64,000 bases of DNA from positions 65,463 through 129,462 of the forward strand of contig CBDBGQ010000036.1 of NCBI GenBank assembly GCA_965205345.1, read 5' to 3'. This document shows positions 45,893 to 55,588 of the stretch, one piece after another. The stretch comes from Acidobacteriota bacterium. GTDB taxonomy: Bacteria > Acidobacteriota > UBA6911 > RPQK01 > CBDAPI01. Positions within the stretch are counted from its first letter, which is position 1. Each line of letters opens with the position of its first letter. The notes below the pieces were generated by a model. That model worked only from the letters and a program-made list of their open reading frames with translations, did no database searches and was not told the DNA's origin. A program made the translations under genes and the position numbers.

Positions 45893-47108
45893 TATTTTTG
45901 GAACGGTTCCCCTGCCCCAGGGCCGCGAAGTTGTGCTTCCCTGCTTTCTCCTGATTGTTGTTGCCACGATGCTGGAGATGCCAATCTTCACCGCCATTGG
46001 CGGAATCGCACTCCTGGGCCTCTGGAGCGACGGCACTCCCATCAACTCGGTGCCCGGGGAAACCTACCGGTTGACGGTCAACGCCATGCTGCCGGCGATC
46101 CCCCTGTTTGCCCTGGGGGGTTACATACTGGCCGAAGGAGGAGCCAGCCGCCGCCTGATGCGACTGTTTACCGCCTGGGTCGGGTGGATGCCGGGCGGGT
46201 TGGCTGTCGTCACCGCTCTGGTGCTGGCCTTCTTCACTCCCCTGACCGGCGCCTCGGGTATCACCATTGTTGCCATGGGCGGCATGTTTCTCCCGGTTCT
46301 CTTGAAAGCAGGCTATCCACGGCAAACGTCCCTTGGATTGGTGACGGTCTCGGGATCCATCGGCCTGCTCTTTTTTCCCAGCCTTCCGGTATTCCTTTAT
46401 GCCTTCTACGCAAAGCAGCACTACAAAGAGCTGTTTGTGGGTGGGTTTCTACCCGGTCTCCTCCTGGTCACCTGTGTGGCTGGCTGGGCCGCAGCCAGGG
46501 GATGGCAGCGGGGAGCGGAACGGACCCCCTTTCGACCCCACGAAGCGGGGGCAGCTGCCTGGGAAGCCAAATGGGATCTGGTGCTTCCAGTACAGGAACC
46601 TGAGTCCTCGGAAGCATTTACCCAAGGTCTTTGTGGAATGCTCCACCTTGATCGGGGGCTTCATGATCATCCTCTGCGTAGCCCTGGGATTTGTCTATTA
46701 TCTGACGCTGGTCGAGATCCCGACAATGGCTCTCGAGTGGGTGCAGGCGCATATCGAGTCTCCCCTCGTCTTTTTGCTGGCCCTGAACCTGCTGCTGATC
46801 ATTGTCGGGGCCCTGATGGATATTTACTCCGCCATCGTCGTCGTGGTTCCGCTCATCATTCCCATGGCGGCAGCCTATGGCATCGATCCTGTCCATCTGG
46901 GAATCATCTTTTTAGCCAATATGGAGCTCGGTTACCTGATGCCGCCCATGGGCGAGAACCTGTTCCTTTCCTCCTATCGCTTTGACAAACCACTCACACA
47001 GGTCTACCGGTCCACCCTGCCCTATATTCTCATCCTGCTGGGAGTCGTCCTTCTGATTACATACGTCCCGATTTTTACTCTGGGCCCGATCGAGCTCTTG
47101 CTCCGCTA

Positions 47109-47266
47109 GTGTACTGTCCGGGAAGTCCACGGTGTTAATTCGGGATGGATTTTCGTCGTCAGTGAGGCGCACGACGCAGGAATGCCTGGAGTATTTCGAG
47201 GTAGCGCAACAAAGCTGTCGGCGAAAAGACGCCCGAAGTAGCGGCGTGAACTTTCCGGACAGTGCA
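47109..47266. mobile_element. MITE-like element type B, copy 2, TA-flanked, starting on the dctM stop codon
   Basis: About 90% identical to 26476-26633. Confidence 0.75.
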
Positions 47267-47275
47267 CTAGGGTTG

Positions 47276-47372
47276 GACTCCAGATTTCAGATTAACGGTG
47301 AGCTGACGCTCTTCCGTTCTGTGCCGTTTCCTTGACACCACAACAACAGAACGGCAAGGCGTGAGCCTGCCG
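47276..47372. repeat. Type E two-module repeat, copy 2
   Basis: See 34966-35080. Confidence 0.6.
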
Positions 47373-47431
47373 TTATTCCTCGAACTTCTCACATTCCAGG
47401 ACCCAGAAGTCAGAGCCCCAAACATGTTAAG

Positions 47432-47935
47432 ATGACCCGCGTCGTGAGTTTTCAGGAATTTTCCGTTTTTGGAGATGCGGCCCGACTCTGGGTCTATCCT
47501 TTCCGGGATCCCTTGACCGGGCCGCCCCGCAGCCTGCTGGGGCAGACGCTGAATGGTTTTCTACCCACCTGGGCTTCCCATGGGGCACGGGTTGAGGGCC
47601 GCTTTCTTATTCACGAGGACCGGTTCGTCCTGCTGGTCGGCGACTCCCCGGCCGGGATCTCGGGTTGTTCCATTGACAGCAGCGTTGAGAATTTCAAGAT
47701 GCTTCGGGATCGGCATGGCCTGGACGGTCTGGATCGCTCGCTGGTCTTCTTTCGGGACACAGCAGGCCGCATCCAGGCAGAGCATTTCTTCGACTTCCAG
47801 AAGCTGGTATCTTCCGAGCGCATAGTACCGGACACGCCCGTCTTTGACACTACGATCACCACTCTGGGGGAACTTCGAGAGGGTGGCCTGGAGAAGCCCT
47901 TCCAGGATTCGTGGCACGCCGCACGGTTTTCTTGA
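47432..47935 (+). CDS. Hypothetical protein, 167 aa
   Basis: ORF with plausible composition and no recognisable motifs. It ends exactly at a heptamer array. Confidence 0.35.
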   Translation: MTRVVSFQEFSVFGDAARLWVYPFRDPLTGPPRSLLGQTLNGFLPTWASHGARVEGRFLIHEDRFVLLVGDSPAGISGCSIDSSVENFKMLRDRHGLDGLDRSLVFFRDTAGRIQAEHFFDFQKLVSSERIVPDTPVFDTTITTLGELREGGLEKPFQDSWHAARFS

Positions 47936-48172
47936 TTCCACGTTCCACGTTTCACGTTCCACGTCGTGCGCTCATTGTCATTCGCGCCTTTTGCCTGCCC
48001 GGCGGCTGGACAGATCATCTCCGGAACACCGGCCCGCAAGGCCGTGAGGAACTGTCACCATCAAGGAAACGACAGAGGCAGGAACGAAAGTGACTGCGCA
48101 GCAGCGCGGAAGCTGCCGGGAAAACGCCTCACGCTGCGCAACCGTGGAACGCGAAACGTGAAACGTGGAATG
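47936..48172. repeat. Inverted pair of heptamer arrays, (ACGTTYC)4 at 47936-47964 and (GNAACGT)4 at 48143-48172, flanking a 180-bp spacer
   Basis: Read directly. Confidence 0.8.
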
Positions 48173-48179
48173 CGAAGCG

Positions 48180-48545
48180 CTAGTCAGAATGACTGACATA
48201 AGGCCCCCCGTGGAAGTCTTCCAGGGCCTCATCCTCGTCTTCCGCAAAATCGAGCAGCGGAAGAATTCGCCCCAGATCCAGAACATGTCGAACCTGAGGA
48301 GCAATACTAAGGAGCTTGACCTGGCAACCGGCTTTCTCCGCCCGCTTGATGGAAGCCACCAGCTCGCCGACCCCGGTGCTGTCAATGCGCGAGACCTTTT
48401 CGAGATTCAGGAGAACCTTCCCCTCTCTTTTCCCGATCAGCTTGTCCATCGAATCCCGGAGCTGCTCGGCACCAACTCCTGCGACGAGACGGCCCTCAAT
48501 GTCGACAATCACGACATCTTCCGTTTGCCTCAATTCGATCTTCAT
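48180..48545 (-). CDS. STAS-domain anti-sigma-factor antagonist (SpoIIAA-like)
   Basis: 'MKIELRQTEDVVIVDIEGRL...LLNLEKVSRIDSTGVGELV' is typical. Confidence 0.7.
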   Translation of the reverse strand: MKIELRQTEDVVIVDIEGRLVAGVGAEQLRDSMDKLIGKREGKVLLNLEKVSRIDSTGVGELVASIKRAEKAGCQVKLLSIAPQVRHVLDLGRILPLLDFAEDEDEALEDFHGGPYVSHSD

Positions 48546-48638
48546 CTTGCAGGCTCCATCCGGCAGAATTTCCTCGGCAGCCGCCGGAATGGGATGATAC
48601 CAGTCTGTTAACCTCGTCCGCAACAAGAGGAGAAACCC

Positions 48639-49061
48639 ATGAGGTGCCACTGGTCGTCTGCAAGCAGCTCTTTGCTGCTGATCCTACTCTTTTTCGAGCC
48701 GCTGTCAGCGCAGAGAGGCGAGTTTTCGCTGGAGCAGGTCATGAGTGCCGGCTTTCCCTCGGAAATGACTGCTGCCCCGGTCGGTGGAGCTGTGGCCTGG
48801 GTCATCAATGAACGGGGCAGATCGCCCGTTCTTCTGATCCACGGAGACGATGATCGCAACGTCCCTTTCAGCGAGACGGTCGATCTGGTAGCAGCCTTGA
48901 GAAAGCAGGGGGTTGAATTCGAGCAGCTGGTTTTTCCCGATGAAGTCCATGGATTTCTGACCCACCACTCCTGGATACGAGCCTTTCAGGCTGCGGCCGA
49001 GTTTCTGGAGCGCAGGCTCATGTCCACCCGGCACAAAGTTGGAGACAACCCGGAACAATAA
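48639..49061 (+). pseudogene. Remnant of an S9 (prolyl-oligopeptidase/dienelactone hydrolase) family peptidase: signal peptide fused to the extreme C-terminus, with roughly 500 residues missing
   Basis: The signal peptide plus the first propeller strand run directly into 'LLIHGDDDRNVPFSETVDLVAALRKQGVEFEQLVFPDEVHGF', which is the catalytic Asp/His region at the S9 C-terminus. Confidence 0.5.
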
Positions 49062-49177
49062 TTGAAACAAACAAGGGGATTGAGGCGTCCTTTATGCACA
49101 ACAGGTACGGCACCCAAGCAAGTATGGAACCGGTCCCAAACTTGACTCAACATTAAAGATGAACTCGGCTCAAGTAA

Positions 49178-49207
49178 CCTAGAACCCAGAACCCAGAACC
49201 TAGAACC
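49178..49207. repeat. (AGAACCY)n heptamer variant array, the complement of GGGTTCT
   Basis: aacctagaacccagaacccagaacctagaacc lies upstream of bshC. Confidence 0.75.
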
Positions 49208-49209
49208 TT

Positions 49210-50841
49210 ATGGACAGTGTCTGTCTCCCGTTCGGAAGCCTCCCGGGACAGAATCCACTTTTTGTCGATTTCGCGCACCACTTCGAAACAGTGCGGGACT
49301 TCTATAATCCGCCCTCTCTAGCGGATCCAGAGCTTAGTCAACGCCTCGACCAGGCTCGCCGCTCGTGCGGCGTACCCAGGAAGCCCTTCGCCGCCGCCCT
49401 GGCCAAATACAACAGAACACTTCACCCTGGCGAGCCTCTGGTCAGGAATCTCAAAGCCTTTGAGTCGGAGGACTGCGTGGCGGTGGTCAGCGGGCAGCAG
49501 GTCACCTTGCTGGGCGGCCCGTCCTACACGGTTTTCAAGGCAGCGACTGCCATCCGACTGGCGCAGAGACTAAGTAAGCAGGGAGTCAACGCCGTACCAG
49601 TGTTCTGGCTGGCCTCCAACGATTCGGACTTCGAGGAGATCCGCCATACCCATTTTATCGGCTCGGATGCGAAGCTCGTCTCTGTCACCTTCCCGGACGA
49701 TCCAGAGCATTCGTGTCAGATGGCTGGAACCGTGCGCCTGTCCTCGGTGGGTACCTGTCTCAGCGAATTGCGCTCGAATGTGGAATTTCACCCCTTTTCC
49801 GAAACGATTCTGGATGGCCTCGAGAGGGATTACAGGAAGGACCGAAGCTTTCGAGAGGCATTCGCCGCCTGGGTCAGCCGGCTTTTCAGCGACTACGGCC
49901 TGATTGTCTTCGATCCCCTCATGGAGGGCTATCAGGACTCGCTTTCACGCTTCTACGAAATCGCCGTGACCCGGCGCCAGCCGATCATCAAAGCGTTGCT
50001 GGAACGCAATCGGGAGATTGAGCAGGCGGGCTATGATCCGCAGGTCTGGATAGACGACAAGGAAAGCCTCCTTTTTCTGGTAGACGGGTCACGACGCTAC
50101 AAACTGCTCTGGGAAGAGGACAAGTATCGAGCCAAGGAGAAGAGAGAGCTTTCCTTTTCGACCAGGGAACTGCAGCAGCTGGCCCTCGACGAACCCGGGC
50201 GACTGGGTGTCAATGTCCTGCTCCGCCCAATCCTTCAAGACTACCTCTTCCCGACGGCTTTTTACGTGGGCGGCCCCTCGGAGGTTGCCTATTTTGCCCA
50301 GTTGAACTCCGTTGCCAACCACTGGGACCTGGAGCCAGTCATTCTACCCAGGGCCGGGTTCACCATCGTGAATCACCGGGACCAGCGGCATTTGAAACGC
50401 CACCATATCGCCTCGCTGGATGTGCTCCAGAGATCAGTAGACGACCTCACCGAGATGATTCTCAGGGAGAGCCAGAAGGGTAACGCTCTCCAGCAGATGG
50501 AGTCGGTGTCGGGAGAGTTGCGGCAGCGTCTTCAGGAGCTTCAGCAGTTGATCCATGCTTCTGACCCTACGGTGTCGGCGATGCTCGAGAATACCCGGGA
50601 AAAGATGCTCTACCAGCTGGACAAGGTGAAATCCCGTTTCGTCATCAATCACCGCCGTACAGCCCCCTCCCTGAGACAGCACCTCGACCATCTTCTCAAC
50701 CATCTCAGGCCCATGAACAAGTTGCAGGAGCGGGTCATCAACTTCAACCACTTCCTGATGGATCGCGGACCCGGTTTCCTGAATGAGGTGACTGAGCTGA
50801 TCGACCCCCATTGCTTTTCCCACCGGCTGCTGGAACTCTAA
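49210..50841 (+). CDS. bshC: Bacillithiol biosynthesis cysteine-adding enzyme BshC (YllA family)
   Basis: 543 aa. N-terminal 'GGPSYTVFKAATAIRLAQ' and 'VPVFWLASNDSDFEEI' fit the BshC family signature. Confidence 0.65.
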   Translation: MDSVCLPFGSLPGQNPLFVDFAHHFETVRDFYNPPSLADPELSQRLDQARRSCGVPRKPFAAALAKYNRTLHPGEPLVRNLKAFESEDCVAVVSGQQVTLLGGPSYTVFKAATAIRLAQRLSKQGVNAVPVFWLASNDSDFEEIRHTHFIGSDAKLVSVTFPDDPEHSCQMAGTVRLSSVGTCLSELRSNVEFHPFSETILDGLERDYRKDRSFREAFAAWVSRLFSDYGLIVFDPLMEGYQDSLSRFYEIAVTRRQPIIKALLERNREIEQAGYDPQVWIDDKESLLFLVDGSRRYKLLWEEDKYRAKEKRELSFSTRELQQLALDEPGRLGVNVLLRPILQDYLFPTAFYVGGPSEVAYFAQLNSVANHWDLEPVILPRAGFTIVNHRDQRHLKRHHIASLDVLQRSVDDLTEMILRESQKGNALQQMESVSGELRQRLQELQQLIHASDPTVSAMLENTREKMLYQLDKVKSRFVINHRRTAPSLRQHLDHLLNHLRPMNKLQERVINFNHFLMDRGPGFLNEVTELIDPHCFSHRLLEL

Positions 50842-50895
50842 CCGTTACTAGTTACCGGTTTCTTGACAATATCCCCTAAGCGGGAACCGGTAACC

Positions 50896-53577
50896 TCATT
50901 CAGCCCGGCCCAGTGACACCAGGTTGGCCAGCAGACGATAGCTTCCCGGGACCCCGGCAGGAAGCTGGCGCCAGAGGCCCAGGCCCACATAGATCCAGCG
51001 ACCCTTTCCGTAACGAGCTTCGACTAGAGCCCCCAGCTTCTCATCCGCGTTAAAGGGAAACGGATCCTCCATAGCGACCAGATCCCGGTAGCGGGCATCC
51101 TTCTGGCCCAGAAAATAGAGTCCCCGTTCCTGCACCCATCCCTGCCAGTCCTCTTCCCCGATCTCATTTGGCACTAGAAAAAGCGGATGATCGGGGGCCA
51201 GCACTCGAATCGGCGCTCTCTCGTCAGTGACCCGACCCCGGCCCACCACAACGGGAAAGGGAGCAAACGGACTGGAGGAAAACTTCTGTGCCGACCCTCC
51301 CGATCCAGGGCCGTTGAATTCGAATTTGTTGTACTGGACGATCAGAGTCCCACCCTGTTCGACCCACTGCAGCAGGCGATCATTGTAGGCCTTCAGGTCC
51401 TCCCGGTTGAGATAGGCACGAACCCCGGTAAAGATGGTGTCGAATCGATCCAGATCGGAAGAAGCCAGCTGGTCGGGTCCCAGCAGTTCGAAGTCTGCCT
51501 CCAGTTGGCCCAGAGCCTCCGGAACATAGTCCCCAACGCCCACGATGTAGCCGACCCGTACTTCGGGGTCGATCTCAACGTTCAGAACCTGGAGACGAAC
51601 TTGGGCAGACCGGTACAGGTGTCTCCGCTGAATATGATGGTAGTCGATGACTTGAAATCCCCGGCCAAAGCTCTGGCCCCCAAATCCCCCCACTGCCTGG
51701 ATCTCGAGGGTGCCCTCCCTGAGATTCTCCGGTGGGTAGACGGTAAAGGTTGTCGCGATTGATTCTTCCTCTCGCTCAAACTTCAAAAGGTGGAATGGGG
51801 GAACGATTTTCCAGCCTCTCGGCGCTTCCAGGACAACTTCTCCGGCAACGGCCTGGTTCCCATTGTGCGTGACCTGCACCCGCAACTCCCGACCTTTTCG
51901 GGCAGCCGAGAGAGGAAGCACGCTGATCTCCGGTTCCACAGCCAGAGAGATTCGGGGCACCACCATAAGGTCATGGCGCTGCTCTCCCCCCACCCAGGGA
52001 CCGGTGTACCGATATTCGGCAGGGGCGCCCAGGGTACTTTCCACTCCGAAGCTTCTGTACCCGACCTGTACGAAAAGCTCAGGGGGACCCCAGGGGGCAG
52101 AGGCGTCTTTTCCCTGGATCCGGAATCGATCGGCGTCTTCCATTGGGCCGCTCCAGTAGGGCTCCGTAACTTCGGCATCGGAACTCACCCGCACGCCGAC
52201 CTTGAAGGTCCGGACCTCGCCTGCCCCCAGTTGGAAATTGGAGAAGTCATTGCCCGGATACTCGATTTGCCAGTCCCCCTTCGTCGCCACTTCCCAAGAC
52301 CAGACGACAACCGGGTGAGAACCTCCGTTGAAAAGGACCAGGGTGAGCTCCAGCTCCTGCCCTGGTGTAACCCGACCGTCATCCACGGTTGCCTCCAGGA
52401 CCATCTGATTCGCCAGGTTGAGGGCGTGAACAAAGTCCTCTTCTTTCTTGTTCAGGAGAAAGAAGATCTCGTACTCGTCCTCTTCACTGAGGCCGCTGGC
52501 GTAGAACTGCTGCCGCAGGAGGCGAAGCCTTCTCAAGCCTTCGGCCACAAAGGGCGTCGTCAATCCCGGGTCGCGGGGATCGAAGGCTTCCCCGGCCTGG
52601 CGGATGGCCAACTGAATCCGGTGGATTGAAGGGACCAGGAAGGGGAGCCGATCCAGATCTGTCTCGGTGAACCGGGCAAGAACCATCAGGGTCGTATCGA
52701 TTCCCTCGAACAAATCGGCTTCGCCTTCCTTCATTTCCTCCTGGGAGGCAACCGGATTCCACAGCGACGAGCGCTGGCCAGGGGCAGCCAGAAGTTGCGC
52801 CATTCCCTGGCACTTGTGCATCGATCGGGACTCGTGCCCGAGCTGTGCAAACGTCCGACCCAGAATGGGATCGTAAGCACCGGTGGACACCTCAACGACC
52901 CGCGCAGGTCGCTCAGCCGATCCCTCCGGTCCTCCGCCCTGCCATCGGAACCTCTCGTACAGCTTGGCTGCCTTCCAAGGGCGCAGTCCTTCCTGCAATT
53001 GATGGGGGAAACGGGCGGGATCCGCAGCCGCATGGAACGCCTTTTCGGCCAGCCGGGCCGAGGCCTGATGATGCTGTCCCCCGCCTTCACCTCCCCTGGG
53101 AAGTGAAAGGATCACTTGAGGTCGGAAGCTGCGGATCACCCGGACCATGTCCTCCAGGATGGGTTCTTCTCCCCAGCGCTCCAGGGTCTCTTCAACACTG
53201 AAGGAATAGCCGAACTCGTAGGCCCGGGTGAAGAACTGCCGGGCGTCGTCGTATCGATGCATCGACATGAGCTCTTCGCTGCGGATGATGCCCAGGGCCT
53301 GGAACAACTCAGGTCCAATTTCGTTTTGGCCGCCGTCTCCTCGGGTCAGAGTGAGGAGCCCGGTCCGAAGGCCGCGTCCGCGTCGCATCATCACCAGAAG
53401 GGCATTGTCCTCGTCATCGGGATGGGCCGTAATGTGCAGAAGGGAACCCGTTGCCGGAAGCCGTCGCAGCGCCAGCGCCAGGCCCACCGCACCTTGATCG
53501 AGTTGGGGCCGCTGGGCAAAAACCGCAGAGAAGAGAAATGAGAGGAACAGGATCGCACCGACCGTGCGGACTTTCAT
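50896..53577 (-). CDS. Secreted multidomain protein with an N-terminal PIG-L/LmbE-family deacetylase domain, 893 aa
   Basis: Signal peptide, 'ITAHPDDEDNALL' and 'HHQASARL' LmbE zinc-site motifs, then a large C-terminal region of uncertain function. Confidence 0.6.
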   Translation of the reverse strand: MKVRTVGAILFLSFLFSAVFAQRPQLDQGAVGLALALRRLPATGSLLHITAHPDDEDNALLVMMRRGRGLRTGLLTLTRGDGGQNEIGPELFQALGIIRSEELMSMHRYDDARQFFTRAYEFGYSFSVEETLERWGEEPILEDMVRVIRSFRPQVILSLPRGGEGGGQHHQASARLAEKAFHAAADPARFPHQLQEGLRPWKAAKLYERFRWQGGGPEGSAERPARVVEVSTGAYDPILGRTFAQLGHESRSMHKCQGMAQLLAAPGQRSSLWNPVASQEEMKEGEADLFEGIDTTLMVLARFTETDLDRLPFLVPSIHRIQLAIRQAGEAFDPRDPGLTTPFVAEGLRRLRLLRQQFYASGLSEEDEYEIFFLLNKKEEDFVHALNLANQMVLEATVDDGRVTPGQELELTLVLFNGGSHPVVVWSWEVATKGDWQIEYPGNDFSNFQLGAGEVRTFKVGVRVSSDAEVTEPYWSGPMEDADRFRIQGKDASAPWGPPELFVQVGYRSFGVESTLGAPAEYRYTGPWVGGEQRHDLMVVPRISLAVEPEISVLPLSAARKGRELRVQVTHNGNQAVAGEVVLEAPRGWKIVPPFHLLKFEREEESIATTFTVYPPENLREGTLEIQAVGGFGGQSFGRGFQVIDYHHIQRRHLYRSAQVRLQVLNVEIDPEVRVGYIVGVGDYVPEALGQLEADFELLGPDQLASSDLDRFDTIFTGVRAYLNREDLKAYNDRLLQWVEQGGTLIVQYNKFEFNGPGSGGSAQKFSSSPFAPFPVVVGRGRVTDERAPIRVLAPDHPLFLVPNEIGEEDWQGWVQERGLYFLGQKDARYRDLVAMEDPFPFNADEKLGALVEARYGKGRWIYVGLGLWRQLPAGVPGSYRLLANLVSLGRAE

Positions 53578-53607
53578 ACTCGATTCACTCCACCTTCGAA
53601 CTAGTAC

Positions 53608-55266
53608 CTACTTGCGGGACGGATAGATCCTCTCCGCGAGCGAGACCAGAAATGCCACCACCACGACGGTGGCAACTCCCACCAGGTTGTACCAGAGAAA
53701 AGAAACGCTCGTCGTCGCTCCGAAGAATGCAACCGCTCCCATGCCTGCCAACAATCCTACAAAAGCGGAACGCGCTGTGGCCCATCTGGTTCCGATCGCC
53801 AGCACGAACACACCCAGAAGAGAACCGTAAAAAAACGACCCGAATTTGTTCACGACTTCGATCAATGAACCCAGCTGGCTGGCGTACACAGCTACCGAAC
53901 AGGCCAGAAACCCCCAGCAGGCTGTGGCGAGCTTGGACACCCGAAGGTAGTGGGCGTCACTGGCCTCCCTCCGGATCAGGCGCCGGTAGATATCTATGAC
54001 AGTTGCAGCGGACAGCGCATTCAGTTCAGCGGAGACGCTCGACATGGCAGCGGCAAATATAGCCGCGATCATGATTCCCACGATTCCGATGGGAAGATGG
54101 TGGGTTACGAAATACGGGAAAACGTAGTTGACGTCATTGACTTCTTCCCCCAGCATCTCGCTCAAGTCCCCCCTGATCACGTCCCTCTGCCTCAGCGCCT
54201 GGAGATAATCCCGGCGCCTCTCTACGCTCCCGTCCGGCGTGGCTGCAAACTGGATGGCCGTCTCCCTGATTTGACCCTGAACCTCATCGTATTGCCTGGC
54301 CAGCTTTGTAAACCCACTCCGGCCCTCGGCCTTCTCCAGCTCTGCCGGGCTGAACACGATGGGCGCACCTGTGAAGTTGAAAAACACGAAGACCAGCACC
54401 CCGATGAGGAGAATTGCAAACTGTAGCGGAATCTTCAGGAAGGCACTCATCAAGAGGGAAACTCGGCCTTCGGTTACGGAGCGTGCGGTCAGGTAACGCT
54501 GAACCTGGCTCTGGTCACAGCCAAAGTAAGACAGCATCAGAAAGGTCCCTCCCAGCAGGCCCGACCAGAACGTATAGGTGCGAGACGGGTCGAAAGAGAA
54601 GTCGACTGTCTGCAGTCTACCCGCAGCTCCGGCGATCTGGAGTGCGCTGGAAAAGGAGACTTCCTCGGGAAGCTGCCCGATGATGACAATCAGCACCACC
54701 GCCATTCCCGCGACGATGAGGATCATTTGCTTTACGTCGACCCAGGTGACGGCCTGCACACCTCCAATCATCGTATAGACAACGGTAGGAAGACCGATCG
54801 CCAGCACTGTGAGAATCAAATTCCATCCCAGCACGATCGAGAGAATGACAGCGGGCGCCGCAATGATTACACCACACTGCAGCCCGCGTGAGGCGAGGAA
54901 GAGGAGGCTCGTCAGGGTTCGGGTCCGAGTGTCGAAGCGCTGCTCCAGGAACTCGTAGGCCGTGAATATGCGGGCGCGGTGAAAGAAAGGGACCACTGTC
55001 AGACACAGGATGACCATCGCAAGGGGCAGGCCAAAATAGAACTGGATGAAGCGCATACCGTCCTGGTAGCCCTGACCAGTCGTCCCGACCAGAGTGATGG
55101 CACTCATCTGCGTGGCCATGATGGAGAGCCCGACGGCCCACCAGGGCAGGCTGCGGTTGGCCAGAAAGTAGCCTTCGATTTCGTGTGTGGCCCGACTCCG
55201 TCGAATCCCGTCAACCACAATGTAGACCAGGTAGGCCACAACGATGAGCCAATCCACAAGGTGCAT
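53608..55266 (-). CDS. Sodium:solute symporter (SSS family)
   Basis: About 13 TM helices; '[14 protein letters not shown]' and '[14 protein letters not shown]' SSS motifs are present. Confidence 0.8.
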   Translation of the reverse strand: MHLVDWLIVVAYLVYIVVDGIRRSRATHEIEGYFLANRSLPWWAVGLSIMATQMSAITLVGTTGQGYQDGMRFIQFYFGLPLAMVILCLTVVPFFHRARIFTAYEFLEQRFDTRTRTLTSLLFLASRGLQCGVIIAAPAVILSIVLGWNLILTVLAIGLPTVVYTMIGGVQAVTWVDVKQMILIVAGMAVVLIVIIGQLPEEVSFSSALQIAGAAGRLQTVDFSFDPSRTYTFWSGLLGGTFLMLSYFGCDQSQVQRYLTARSVTEGRVSLLMSAFLKIPLQFAILLIGVLVFVFFNFTGAPIVFSPAELEKAEGRSGFTKLARQYDEVQGQIRETAIQFAATPDGSVERRRDYLQALRQRDVIRGDLSEMLGEEVNDVNYVFPYFVTHHLPIGIVGIMIAAIFAAAMSSVSAELNALSAATVIDIYRRLIRREASDAHYLRVSKLATACWGFLACSVAVYASQLGSLIEVVNKFGSFFYGSLLGVFVLAIGTRWATARSAFVGLLAGMGAVAFFGATTSVSFLWYNLVGVATVVVVAFLVSLAERIYPSRK

Positions 55267-55433
55267 CAGTCAAACATCCTGGAGAAAAACCGGAGGGCGA
55301 AGATCCATCCCACAGTGTGGATCAAAACCGCGGCGTAAAGGAGAAAGAAGCGCCTTTGGGACCATTCGCTGAGTTCAGACCCCGGACCGGAGTCAGCTCC
55401 GGGAGAGGCCGTGTGTTTGCTTTCAGTCATACG
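55266..55433 (-). CDS. Small single-TM protein translationally coupled to the symporter (YjcH/DUF485-like accessory subunit)
   Basis: '[24 protein letters not shown]' is present. Its stop overlaps the symporter start. Confidence 0.4.
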   Translation of the reverse strand, partial: RMTESKHTASPGADSGPGSELSEWSQRRFFLLYAAVLIHTVGWIFALRFFSRMFD

Positions 55434-55539
55434 TTCCCGACCCAAGTTGTCTGTGCGAGTCAGTCTCTCCCATATCGCTACTGTGCGTAAAGTCCCAGAA
55501 GGCTTTGACAACGCCCGTGTGCACAGGTAGCCTTCCCAA

Positions 55540-55570
55540 CAACGTCATCGTATTTATGCAAGTGAGTACT
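55540..55570. repeat. Solo MITE-C terminal motif (CATCGTATTTATGCAAGTGAGTACT)
   Basis: Matches the 3' end of the element at 34693-34962. Confidence 0.55.
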
Positions 55571-55588
55571 TCTGCCGGCATTCATCCA

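Larger units (their letters stand above)
44160..47109 (+). pseudogene. Fused TRAP permease gene dctQM, disrupted by the IS1595-family insertion (44675-45892) and by an internal deletion/frameshift about 46570-46610
   Basis: The DctQ part (4 TM) reads in frame across the IS into the DctM part once the IS is removed. The DctM part then needs a frame change and lacks about 30 residues. Confidence 0.7.

Noticed and set aside
45199-45954. A 251-aa ORF antisense to the IS1595 transposase, and 45933-46985 / 46399-47109 called as separate genes.
   Set aside because: The first is an antisense artefact. The latter two are frames of the single disrupted dctM gene.
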